A stretch of DNA of 64,000 nucleotides from the human T2T-CHM13v2.0 reference genome, Homo sapiens. The stretch lies in assembly GCF_009914755.1 (NCBI RefSeq), contig NC_060930.1; one strand, written 5' to 3'. Position 1 is the first letter of the stretch; each line of letters opens with the position of its first letter. Shown here piece by piece: positions 13,751-26,387 of the stretch. Below the pieces are notes generated by a model that did no database searches, was not told the DNA's origin, and saw only the letters and a program-made list of their open reading frames with translations. The position numbers and the translations under genes were made by a program.

Positions 13751-16700
13751 TTTTAAAATATAGAAATGCCAATGCAAACATGTGCATGGAGGTCAGCAGC
13801 CCCACCCCCTGCCCCACGCTGCCACTGCTGCCAGTGTGAACATATGCATGGAGGCTGGCAGCCCCACGCTCACCACTAGCCTGCCCCTGCACTGACACTG
13901 CTACCAGCATGAGCGTGCACATGGAGGCCGGCAGCCCCATGGCCACCAGCACTCTGCCCCAGTTGATGAGCATTCACCCCACCACACTGCCACTTGCTCT
14001 TGGCACTGCTCTTGGCACTTACAAATGAGCACAGATCCTGCTGCCACCACCCCAACAAAGTGGTTTGGCTGGCACCACCCATCAGAGTATTGTGGCCAGA
14101 GGTGCAGGAACACCTTAGCGCCTCCACTTTAGCAGTTTCCTAACCTCAAGGGGCCAGAGAATAAAGTCAGAGATCCAGTAACAGCCTCCCAAAGTTGCAG
14201 CATACAGCCCAAAAGTTCTGAGCTGAGCCTTACCCCCTAAATTCTTCCAGAAATGAAGCCAGTCAACTGAACCCACCTTATATGAGATTCAAACCTTCCA
14301 GGGCATCAAAGAAGATAGAGGCAAAAAAAAAAAAAAACAAAAAAAAACTATCCAAAGGACAGCAATTTCAAAGACTGAAGGAAAATCAGCCCACACAGAT
14401 GATAAAGAACCAGTGCAAGAGCTCTGGCAACTCAAAAGTCAGAGTGCTTTCTTACCTCCAAACAACTGCAGTAGTTCCCCAGCAATGGTTCTTAACCAGG
14501 CTGAAATGACAAAAAGAGAAATCAGAATGTGGATAGGAACAGAGATCACTGAGATTCAGGAGACAGTGAAAACCTAATCCAGGGATTCTAAGGATTACAA
14601 CAAAGTGATACAGGAGATGAAAGACGAAATGGCCACTTTAAGAAAGAACAGAACTGATCTGATAGAGCTGAAAAACTCACTTCAAGAATTCCAGAATACA
14701 ATCACAAATATAACGGCAGAATCGATCAAGCTGAGGAAAGAATCTCAGAGCTTGAATATCGCTTCTCTGAAATAACTCAGTCAGACAAAAATAAAGAAAA
14801 AAAGATTAAAGAAGAATGAACAAAATCTCCAAAGTATGGGATTATGTAAAGACACCAAATCTATGACTCACTGATGTCCCTGAAAGAGAGGGAGAGAAAG
14901 CAAGCAACTTGGAGAACATATTTCAGGATATCATCCATGAAAATTCCCCCAACTTCACTAGAGAGGCCAACATTCAAATTGAGAAAATGCAGAGAACCCT
15001 TGTGAGATACTATACAGATAACCATCCCCAAGACACATACTTGTCAGATTCTCTAAGGTCAAAACAAAACAAAAAATGTTAACAGCAGCTAAAGAGAAGG
15101 GGCAGGCCACCTCCCAAGGAAACCCCATCAGGCTAACAGCACACCTTTCAGCAGAAACTCTATAAGCCAGCAGAGATTGAGGACCTATATTCAGCATTAT
15201 TAAAGAAAAGAAATTCCAAACAAGAATTTCATATCCAGCCAAACTAAGCTTCATAAATGAAGGAGAAATAAGATTCTTTTCAGGCGAGCAAATGCTAAGG
15301 GAATTCATTACCATCAGACCTGCCTTATAAGAGGTCCTAAAGAGAGTGTTAAATATGGAAAGGAAAGATTATTACTGGCAACTACAAAAACGTGCTTAAG
15401 TACACACACCATTGATGCCAAAAAGCAACCACACAAACAGATCTGCATAATAACCAATTAACAACACAAAACAGGATTTGATCCTTCAAATCCACACATA
15501 TCAATATTAACCTTAAATGTAAATGGGCTAAATGCCCAATTAAAAGGCACAGAGTGGCAAGTTGGACAAAGAAGCAAGACCCAACAGTATGCTGTCTTGA
15601 ATAGACCCATTTCACATGCAGTGACGCACATAGGATCAAACTAAAGGGATGGAGAAAAATCTACCAAGCAAATGGAAAACAGAAAAAAGCAGGAGTTGCT
15701 ATTCTACATTCAAACAAAACAGACTTTAAACCAACAAAAATCAAAAAAGATAAAGAAAGGCATTACATAATGGTAAAGGGTTCACCTCAAAAGGCCAGAC
15801 TTAACTATCCTAAATAGATATGCATCCAAAACAGGAGCACCCAAATTCATAGAGCAAGTTTTTAGACACCCACAAAGAGATTTAGATAACCACACAATAA
15901 TAGTGGGAGACTTTAACATCCCACTGGCAGTATTAGACAGGTCATTGAGGCAGAAAACTAACAAAGAAATTCAGGACCTGAATTTGACACTTGACTAAAT
16001 AGACCTAATAGACATCTACAGAAATCTCCACCCAAAAACAGGAGTGTATATATTCTTCTCATCTGCACATGGCCCATAATCTAAAATTGACTAATCAGCC
16101 ATAAAACAATCCTTAGCAAATAAAAAAAAATCATACCAACCACACTCTCAGACTACAGTGCAATAAAAATAGAAATTAATGGAAATTAACCTGCTTCTGA
16201 ATGACTTTTGGGTAAACAATGAAATTAAGGTAGAAATTCAGAAATTATTTGAAACTAATTAGAACAAAGATACTACATACCAGAATCTCTGGGACACAGC
16301 TAAAGCAATATTAAGAGGGAAGTTTATAGAGCTGAATGCCTACATCAAAAAGTTAGAAAGATCTTAAGTTAACAACCGAACATCACACCTAGAGGAAATA
16401 GAGAAACAAGAGCAGATCGACCCCAAAGCTAGTAGAACACAAGAAATCAAAATCTGCACTAAACTGAAGGAAATTGAGACGCAAAAAAACATACAGAAGA
16501 TCAATGAATCCAGGACTTGGTTCTTCGAAAGAATAAATAAGATAGATAAAATGCTAGCTAGACTAATAAGGAAAAAAAGAGAGATCAAAATAAACACAAT
16601 CAGAAATGACAAAGGGATGTTACCACCTACCCCACAAAAATTTAAAAAACCCTCAGAGACTACTAAAAACACCTCTATGCACACAAACTAGAAAACCTAG

Positions 16701-17689
16701 AAGAAATGGATAAATTCCTTGAAACATACAACCTTCCAAGATTGAACCAGGAAGAAATTGAATCCTGGACAGAGACCAATAATGAGTTCCAAAATTGAAT
16801 CAGTAATAAAAAGCCTACCAACCAGAAAAAGCCCAGGACCAGAGGGATTCACAGCTGAATATTACAAGAAGTATAAAGAAGAGCTGGTACCATTCCTACT
16901 GAAACTATTCCAAAAAACAGAGGAGGAGGGACTCCTCCCTAACTATGAAACCAGCATCATCCTGATACCAAAACCTGGCAGGGACACAACAACAACAAAA
17001 AACAAAACTTCAGGCCAAATCCTTGATGAACATAGATGCAAAAATTCTCAATAAAATCCTAGTGAAATGAATCCAGCAGCACATGAAAAAGCTAATCCAC
17101 CACTATCAAGGAGGCTTCGTCCCTGGGACACAAGTTTGGTTCAACATATACAAATGAATAAATGTGATTCATCACATAAACAGAATTAAAAACAAAAACC
17201 ACATGATCATCTCAATAAATGCAGAAAAGGCTTTTGATAAAGTTCAACATCCCTTCACGTTAAAAACCCTCAACAAACTAGGCACTGAAGGAACATACTT
17301 CAAAATAATAAGAGCCATCTATAAGAAACTCACAGCCAACATCACAGTGAATGAGCAAAAGCTGGAAGCATTCTTATTAAACACCAGAACAAAACAAGGA
17401 TGTCCTCTCTCACCAGTCCTTTTCAACATAGTACTGGAAGTCCTGGCCAGAGCAATCAGGCAAGAGAAAGATATAAAAGCCATCTGAATAGAGGGGAAGT
17501 CAAACTGTCCCTGATTCCAGTCAGTATGATTCTATGCCCAGAAAACCCCATAATCTCTGCTCCAAAGCTCCTTGGTTTGATAAACAACTTCAGCAAAGCT
17601 TCAGGATACAAAGTCAATGTACAAAAATCAGTAGAATCCCTGTGCACCAACAACATCCAAGCTGAGAGCCAAATCAAGAATGCTATCCC

Positions 17690-19378
17690 CCAAGCCTGCC
17701 ACCATGGCCACCTACAAACTGGTGCAGATCCAGCACAGCGAGAGTGAGTGGAACCTGGAGAACCACTTCAGCGGCTGGTACGACGCCATCCTGAGCCCAG
17801 CGGGCCATGAGGCGGCAAAGCAGGCACTGCGAGATGCTGGCTATGAGTTTGACATCTGCTTCACCTCATTGCAGAAGAGAGCGATCCCGACCTTCTGGAC
17901 AGTGCTAGATGCCATTGATCAGATGTAGCTGCCAATAGTGAGGACTTGGCGCCTCAATGAGCAGCACTATGGGGCTCTAGCCGGTCTCAATAAAGCAGAA
18001 ACTGCTGCAAAACATAGTGAAGCCCAGGTGAAGATCTGCAGGTGCTCCTATGATGTCCCACCACCTCCGATGGAGCCCTACCATCCTTTCTACAGCAACA
18101 TCAGTAAGGATCACAGGTATGCAGACCTCACAGAAAATCACCTACCCTCCTGTGAGAGTCTGAAGGACACTATTGCCAGAGCTCTGCCCTTCTGGAATGA
18201 AGAAGTATTTCCCCAGATCAAGGAGGGGAAATGGGTACTGACTGCAGCCCATGGCAACAGCCTCTGGGGCACTGACAAGCATCTGAAGGGTCTCTCTGAA
18301 GAGGCTATCATGGAGCTGAACCTGCCAACTGGCATTCTCATTGTCTATGAATTGGACAAGAACTTGAAGCCCATCAAGCCCAGCCCACGCAGTTCCTAGG
18401 GGATGAAGAGACCATGTGCAAAGCCATGGAAGTTGTGGCTGCCCAGGGCAAAGCCAAGAAGTGAAGGCCAGCAAACAGGCACCCTCCCTGCCCATTGCAT
18501 CCATCTGTCCCTCCCTCCTGAACATGTCACACTGACCACATCTATAGACATCTTGAGTTGCAGCTGCAGATGGGGACCGGTGGCTCCCATTTTCATTTTA
18601 GCCATTTTGTCTTCTGCACCCACTCCCTTCATACATTCTAGTCAGAATAGCACTTCTAGGGCACAGGTTCTCAGTCTAAGCTGTGGAAAAGCCCCCGTTA
18701 TCCAAGAGAGTTCAAAGATAGTGACTTGGGTTTTTGCAAGTGCTTTGTTTACTAAGGACTTGTGAGGAGGAGCCATGCTGAGCTACGACCAATGAGGAGA
18801 AGCAAGAGAGCCTGTCTGCCCCCAGGAGCTAGTCCTGTGCTTGTCTGTAGTCAGGCCACTGCCTGGGGGCTCTAGTCATCCCAGTGGAAGATGAATGTAA
18901 CCTGCATGGTGATGTGACAGCTGTTTCCTCCCTGACCCCAGAGGAACTGGCTCTAGAAGGTTGGGATCAATCCTGAATTTAGTTTATGTGTTACATTTAC
19001 TTTTATTTAAAAAAAAAAAAGTATAGTGTATATAAATAATACAAAACAATAACCCTTCTAAGGGTTTCTCGTGGTGGTTGAAATAGTCCCACATGTGGTC
19101 ATCAGAACATAAGCCATTCCTCATACCAATATGGGGTAAGCTCCTTGACCTTTGAGGGGCAGGAGTGCTTCATGCTGTGTGTTTTAGAATCCCTCCCTGC
19201 CTTGTTTCATGGCAGTGAAATGCCTCTTGGTCCTCTCCAAGTGTGTTTTTCACTGATTTCTGAATCATGTTGCAGTTGCTTGGCCCTGCCACATAGGTCT
19301 AGTGTTCATTTGAGCATAACTGTACTAAATCCTTTTTCCAGATCAGTATAATAAAGGAGTGATGTGCAATAAAAAAAA
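17690..19378 (+). pseudogene. PGAM1P10: Processed pseudogene of phosphoglycerate mutase 1 (full CDS, ~0.9-kb 3' UTR, short A tail); the specific symbol is recalled, not verified
   Basis: Intronless PGAM1-like sequence from ATG 17704 ([20 protein letters not shown]...) to TGA 18462-18464. Disabling changes: TAG at 17926-17928, RHG changed to QHS, loss of RGG, 5-nt AGCCC duplication/frameshift near 18380. AATAAA 19350-19355; TSD AAGAATGC(T/C)ATCCC at 17676-17689 and 19377-19390. Confidence 0.93.
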
Positions 19379-19394
19379 GAATGCCATCCCATGC

Positions 19395-20112
19395 ACACCA
19401 GTTAGAATGGTGATCATTAAAAAGTCAGGAAACAACAGGTGCTGGAGAGGATGTGGAGAAATAGGAACATTTTTACACTCTTGGTGGGACTGTAAACTAG
19501 TTCAACCATTGTGGAAGACAGTGTGGTGATTCCTTAAGGATCTAGAACTAGAAATACCATTTGACCCAGCCATCCCATTACTGGGTATATACTCAAAGGA
19601 TTATAAATCATGCTGCTATAAAGACACATGCACATGTATGTTTATTGCAGCACTATTCACAATAGCAAAGACTTAGAACCAACCCAAAAGTCCATCAATG
19701 ATAGACTGGATTAAGAAAATGTGGCACGTATACACCATGGAATACTATGCAGCCATAAAAAAGGATGAGTTCATGTCCTTTGCAGGGACATGGATGAAGC
19801 TGGAAACCATCATTCTCAGCAAACTATCACAAGGACAGAAAACCAAACACCACATGTTCTCACTCATAGGTGGGAATTGAACAATGAGAACACTTGGATG
19901 CAGGGTGGGGAACATCACACACTGGGGCCTGTCATGGGGTGGGGGGAAGGGGGGAGGGATAGCATTAGGAGATATACCGAATGTAAATGACAAGTTAATG
20001 GGTGCAGCACACCAACATGGCACATGTATACATGTGTAACAAATCTGCACATTGTGCACATGTACCTTAGAACTTAAAGTATAGTAAAAAAATAAATAAA
20101 TAAATAAAAATT
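19395..20112 (+). mobile_element. 5'-truncated younger L1PA (L1PA4/5-like) 3' end
   Basis: caccagttagaatgg...[29 protein letters not shown] stop, G-rich 3' UTR, (TAAA)n tail. Confidence 0.92.
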
Positions 20113-20736
20113 TAAAAAATGAATAAAATACATAGAAATACAGCTAACCAGGTAGGTGAAAGATCTCTACAACAAGCATTATAAAACACTGCTCAAAGTA
20201 ATCTGAGATGATATAAACAAAAGGAAAAGCATTCCATGCTCATGGATAGGAAGAAGCAATATTGTTAAAATGGCCATATTGCCCAAAGCAATTTACAGAT
20301 TCAGTGCTATTCCTATCAAACTACCAGTTCTTCACAGAATTAGAAAAAAAAATTATTTAAAAATTTGTATGAAACCAAAAAAAAGCCTGAATAGCCAAGG
20401 CAATTCTAAGCAAAAACAACAAAGCCAGAAGTATCACATTGTGTGACTTCAATCTATATTACAAGGCTACAGTAACCACAACAGCATGGTACTGGTACAA
20501 AACACATAGACCAATGGAACAGAAGAGATAGCCCAGAAATAATGCCACACACAAACCATTTGATCTTAAACAAACCTAACAAAAACAAGCAATGGGAAAA
20601 GAAATTCCTATTCCATAAATGGTGCTGGGATAACTGGCTAGCCATATGCAGAAGATTGAAATTGGACCCCTTGTTTATACCATATACAAAAATCAACTCA
20701 AGATGGGTTAAAGGCTTAAACATAAAACCTAAAACT

Positions 20737-21026
20737 GGCCGGGCACGGTGGCTCACGCCTGTAATTCCAGCACTTTGGGAGGCCGAGGCAGGCGGATCAC
20801 GAGGTCAGGAGATCGAGACCATCCTGGCTAACACGGTGAAACGCCATCTGTACTAAAATTACAAAAAATTAGCTGGGCGAGGTGGCGGGCACCTGTAGTC
20901 CCAGCTACTCGGGAGGCTGAGGCAGGAGAATGGCGTGAACCCCGGGGGGCGGAGGCTGCAGTGAGCCGAGATGCTGCCACTGCACTCCAGCCTGGGCGAC
21001 AGCGAGACTCCGTCTCAAAAAAAAAC
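20737..21026 (+). mobile_element. AluY (Ye-like diagnostics)
   Basis: gagatcgagaccatcctggctaacacgg, many intact CpGs; TSD AAACCTAAAACT 20725-20736 / 21027-21038. Confidence 0.93.
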
Positions 21027-22929
21027 AAACCTAAAACTATAAAAACCCTGGAAGATGACCTGGGAAATACCACTCTGGACATATAGGACCTGGCAAAGAT
21101 TTTATGACAAAGACAAAAGCGATTGCAGCAAAAACAAAAATTGACTAATTTTGTCAATTAAACTAAAGGGATCTAATTAAACTAAACAGCTTCTGCACAG
21201 CAAAAGAAACTATCAACAGAGTGAACAGACAACCTACAGAATAGGAGAAAATATTTGCAAACTATGCATCTGACAAAGGTCTATTATCCGGAATCTGTAA
21301 GGAATTTAAACAAATTTATAAGCAAAAAAACAAACAACACCATTAAAAAATGGGCAAAGTCCTTGAACAGACACTTTTAAAAGAAGACATACACGTGGCC
21401 AAGAAGCATATAAAAAAATGCTCAACATTACTAATCTTTAGAGAAATGCAAATCAAAACCACAATAAGATACCATCTCACAAAAGTCAGAATGGCTATTA
21501 CTAAAAAGTCAAAAAATAACAGATGCTGGCAAGGTTATGGAGAAAAAGGAATGCTTATATACTGCTGGTGGGAATGTAAATTAGTTCAGCCGGTGTGGAA
21601 AGCCGTTTGGCAATTTCTCAAAGAACTCAAAATGGAATTACCATTTGACCCAGTAATCTCACTATTGGGTTTATTCTCAAAGGAATGTAACTCATTCTAC
21701 CTTAAAGACATATGCACTCATATATTCATCACAGTACTATTCACAATAGCAAAGACATGAAATCAACCTACATGCCCATTGATGGTGGATTGGATAAAGA
21801 AAATGTGGTACATATACACCATAAATACTACACAGCCATAAAAAAGAACAAGATCATGTCTTTTGCAACAACATGGATGAGGCTGGAGGCCATTCACCTA
21901 AGCGAACTGACACAGGAACAGAAAACCAAATACACATGTTCTCACTTACAAGTGAGAGCTAAGCATTGAGTTATATGGTCACAAACAAGAGAACAACAGA
22001 CGCGTAAGCCTACTTGAGGATGGAAAGTGGGAGGAGGGAGAGCATAAAAAAACTACCTATCAGGTACTATGCTTTTTACCTGCGTGATGAAATAATCTGA
22101 ACATCAAACCCCCATAATATACAATTCACCTATATAACAAACCTGCACATGTACCACAGAACCTGAAATAAAAGTTTAAAAATAAATCATAAAATAAAAT
22201 GTTGAAATGCCTAGAATGTTTCATAGCATTAAATTAGACCATGCTGTCTTAAATGACATCTTATTTTCATAGAAATCATGTTTCTGCTTTTTCTGTTTTT
22301 CTATGAAAATTTTTTTAACAAGCAGAAGTTAACGAAATGTATATTTTACCACTTGGGTCAAGAAACAAATGAAAGTATTGCCCATTAAGGAGCAGTTCTT
22401 CATACTGTGATAAATGAATGTAAGTATTATGTTTACATAGATGAAGTATAAAGAGACCAATTAATGTAAAAAGCCAATACTGTACAAATTCCTGAAGGAC
22501 CATTATTTAAATCTAACTTTAATTTTTAGAAAGTCCTTATTCAAGCAAACTTTACTGAGACCAATACTAATTATACTTTCCTGCTAAAAGATACAGATAA
22601 TGACATTAGTTAGAGCCTTAAAGTACTACTCCAATGGAATAAAATATTTAAAATTGCCACCAAGACCCAGTGGTGCTTTATAGAGAGTTGGGTCCAATAT
22701 TCATGGTTCTAATGTGATCTAAAAAGAAGTCGTTTGTTCTCCTTAATTCAACACCTCTCAGAAATTGCCCTATTCTTAAAACTATTCTCTAAGACTACTT
22801 TTCCTCCAAGACTCTGCCAAATGTCTCCCCTTGGATCTTCCACCATAACCAACAAAAACATTATTTTCTCAAAGTTAGAAACAACCCTGTGTGGCCAAAA
22901 TATATGAATCCCAACTTCATTCTCACTCT

Positions 22930-24005
22930 GGTTGTAAGAAATGCTGGAATAATTAATTACTCATTTGGAAAAAATTAAAGCTGTATCCATATCTATCTTA
23001 CCAGATTCCAAGATAAACTCCAAATAAATCAAAGATTTAAATTAAATAAGACCATAAAATACTGGGCAGAAGAAATTGGTAAACTCTCTTAGAACCTTGG
23101 AATCTGGAAAGATTTTCTAATTATAACTAAAAATACAAAAGTCATAGGAGAAAATATTGATAGAATACATAAAATCAAAGAATACTGTATGATAAACTAA
23201 ACAGCAACGTCAAAAGACAAATGTGGAAAAATATTTACAACTCCTACTAAAAAATAGAAACTAATCACCTTAAATTATAAGGAGCTCTAGAAATCAAGAA
23301 AAACCCAACAACCTAACAGAAAATAAAATGGATATGAACAGACTGGTCACAGAATAAGAAATACATATATACCTCTTAAACATACCCAGTCTCACTCATA
23401 AAAAAGAAATGCAAATGAAAGCATTCTCTCACCTATCAGATTGGCAAAAATCTGCAGTTTGACCACACACTTTATTGATGAGACTGCAAGGAAATAGGCA
23501 CTCACATGCCACAGGAGTGCAAAGGGGTATCACCCTTATGGAAGAGTGTCAATATCTACCAAAATTACTTAAGCATTTACTCTTTGACCCAGGAAGTCTA
23601 CTTCCTAATAATTTCATCAATTTGTAGTAAATGTTCACTATAGCTGAATAAACTATTGTAAATCCAAACAATAAAATACAGTGGAAGACCTTTCTGCACA
23701 GCTACAGAAGAATCCCAAGATATATGAAATAAAAGAAAAATGAAATGTAATACTGCATATATAGTGTGCTACTTTTGTGTAAGAAAGGAGAAAAATAAAA
23801 GTTGACTTTCATATTGCTTGTGTTTGTATAAAGAAACATTGAAATAATTTTTACAAAAAGAAGAGAATAAAAATGTTTAACTGAGGATAGCGAATGAGGA
23901 CAGCATGAATGGAAACGGGTAGGAGTAAGATTTTTCAGCATTTACCTTTTTATGTCATTTTGATGTTTAAAATATAAATATGTTAACTATTCAAAAACTA
24001 AATTA
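22930..24005 (+). mobile_element. Old L1ME-like 3' fragment
   Basis: gaaatgcaaatgaaa...cacctatcagattggcaaaaat, ctttgacccag and other ORF2-end/3' UTR remnants. Confidence 0.7.
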
Positions 24006-26250
24006 AAAGAATTATTGCCTGGCACAGATGAAGTACAGTTTAGATGTTGACTATTATTATTTTTGTATAGCAATATTTGGATGGGTTAATGGGCTCATAT
24101 TATGTACAGTTGTTCCGAATCTACTCACACTCCAGGCACTTTTGTCATTGCAAAGAGGGACAATGCCAAAGATAATTTACCATAGGATTTCCATGTGCAC
24201 CTCCTCAGTTCTAGGCTGAAGTAACATAGAATGGCATTTTTAACTCACGAAAAACTCTGTTCTAAAAGGTGCTTTATTATTTGCCTTAATTTGCTCTTCA
24301 TATATTTCCTTAATTTTAAACTTAGAATTTTAGTTGTAACTTTTCAAAGGATTGCCCAAGAAGATGCAATGAGATGATACATGTAAAGTGCTTAGCTTAA
24401 TGCCTGGTGTTTAATCAATACTCCATAACTCTTAGTGGTAGCAAACAGAATCATAAAAGTGATGTGTTCAGTGAAGCCTCTAATCAATCCTAGAATCGAT
24501 ACCTACAATCAGAAAAAAATTATCAACTCAGACCATCTTTGTATGTTTTTGTTTATTATTTTTCCTCAAAATATCTTCAATAAGGCATTCCTAGAATTTG
24601 AGAGTCTGTGTATCTTAAATAAGAATGCATTTTATTTTAAGAGGTAAATGGAAGGAGCAAGAACCAAGACAGGTACTTTTTGAGTCTGGAGTCCTTAGAT
24701 ATAATAAGTAATTTCAGGAATGGTATGTATGGTACCTAAAGGATGTGGTTTAATTAGAAGGGCTTTTGAAGCTTTCTTGTAGACTGGTTGTTCATTATGG
24801 CTTCATCTATGTTTCTCCCAGAAGGCTTCCCTGGCCTCTTAACTAAGTTAATTGTCCCTGCAATGTGCTCCTTGTATTTCTTCTGTCATAATATTCATCA
24901 CTCATGATTGTGGTTACTCGATTCAGCGTCTTCTATGCAAACCATGCTTTCAGCCTTGTGCAGACAGAAGGCATCCATCTGGTCCACACCAGCCATGCCC
25001 TTTAATATTATATGCCCAGGTCCTAGAAGTTTCTGGCCACAATGAATGTGTATTGAATGAATAAAAAATTGAGAAAACTGCAAGCTAGTAAACAGTCACA
25101 TGAGAAGCGTCATCCCCCGGGCCCCCATCACAACCCCTACACACACAAAGTAAAAACAACACAGTCAACATGAGCAAATAGAGAAAAAAAATGTGGCAAT
25201 TATTCAAGCAATGCAAGGTGAAAAATAGCCCCTTTGCCTCAGTTATCAGAGGTTTTCAAAAGGATATTTTTTGCCTGCATTTTTTAATCTAATTGCTTCA
25301 ATTATTTTATTTGGTCATGGGAACATGATTATATTTTTTAATAAAGTGCTTAATTTGCATGCATGCTTTGAATTGTAGGTTCTTTTACAGGAGGCTTGTC
25401 TACTCCCATATTGCCTTTTTCTCAATTATTTTACTTCTGCCTTTTGCAAAATGTTTTAAATATTTGATTTTAGCCCCTACCACAGACTCCAAATCTGTGC
25501 TTGGAATTTGGAGATCAAAGTACTGTAGCTAATCCTTAGGACATTTGCCATTGTGTGACTTAAGAATCCATCTCTTATCAAGTTTCTGTGGTTTTCTGGA
25601 GTATTTACAGGTCACAATGTCAAAATGTGCACATCTGAAACTATTTTTGAATTATGCTTTCTTTATACTCTTCCATATTTAGTTAATGGGAAAATATCCA
25701 GCTCCTGAATGGTATTGAACTCGATTAGGCCATCTCCAGTCTCCTTATAAAAGATTCCTAAGTTGTAGTATCACATGTTTTCAATAAACCTTGTTTTTGT
25801 TCTCCTTTAAACAGAGCGTGTCTTATTCAAAAAGCTCATGACAGTAGGAAAGGAATTGATAATGAAAAGAAAGTGAGTCCGAAGGAGGATTTTTCCTCAT
25901 AGCTTTAGGATTTGTTATAAGACAATGTGTTTCACCGCCTGACCTGCAGCTTCAGGAGTTGGTTGCCATGAATTCTGATCCTGTTTCTGGAAGTAATTTA
26001 TCGCATTATCTTGTACAAGCTTCTCTGGGACACTCTTTCTTTCCTTTTAAGCACAGATAAGAGCAGCAATACACTTTGCAGCGTTCATAAACAGCAATAC
26101 ATAAAAGTAAATATGAAATTAGAAAGTTCCAAAAACTGCTCTAATCTAGTGCCAGTGAGGGAAAATTTTGGTAAGGATTTTATAAGTAAAGATGGGAGTT
26201 AGATGCATAATTATATGTGACCTGTTTGGTTAATAATCCCACTGAAATAC

Positions 26251-26300
26251 AGATAGATGATAGATAGATAGATGATAGATAGATAGATAGATAGATAGAT

Positions 26301-26386
<86 letters not shown>
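26251..26386 (+). repeat. Compound (GATA)n/(GAT) tetranucleotide STR
   Basis: About 135 nt of AGAT units interrupted by GAT; explains minus-strand ORFs with YLSI repeats. Confidence 0.97.

Positions 26387-26387
<1 letters not shown>

Larger units (their letters stand above)
13771..22195 (+). mobile_element. Near full-length older primate L1 (L1PA15/16-like), host of three nested insertions
   Basis: Partial 5' UTR, decayed ORF1 (~14420-15420), ORF2 EN/RT/C-terminal fragments (ORFs 16758, 17164, 20542, 21350) and 3' UTR; candidate TSD AAAATATAGAAATGCC 13755-13770 / AAAATGTTGAAATGCC 22196-22211. Confidence 0.9.

Noticed and set aside
17400-17747. L1 ORF2-PGAM1 fusion protein
   Set aside because: The ORF2 frame enters the retrocopy out of frame, and ORF2 is broken upstream
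17938-18399. 153-aa PGAM-like ORF as a functional retrogene
   Set aside because: GTG start after a premature stop, lacks the N-terminal catalytic His segment, ends in a frameshift
19935-19960. G-quadruplex-like G-runs (also ~53920-53942)
   Set aside because: Standard L1PA 3' UTR feature
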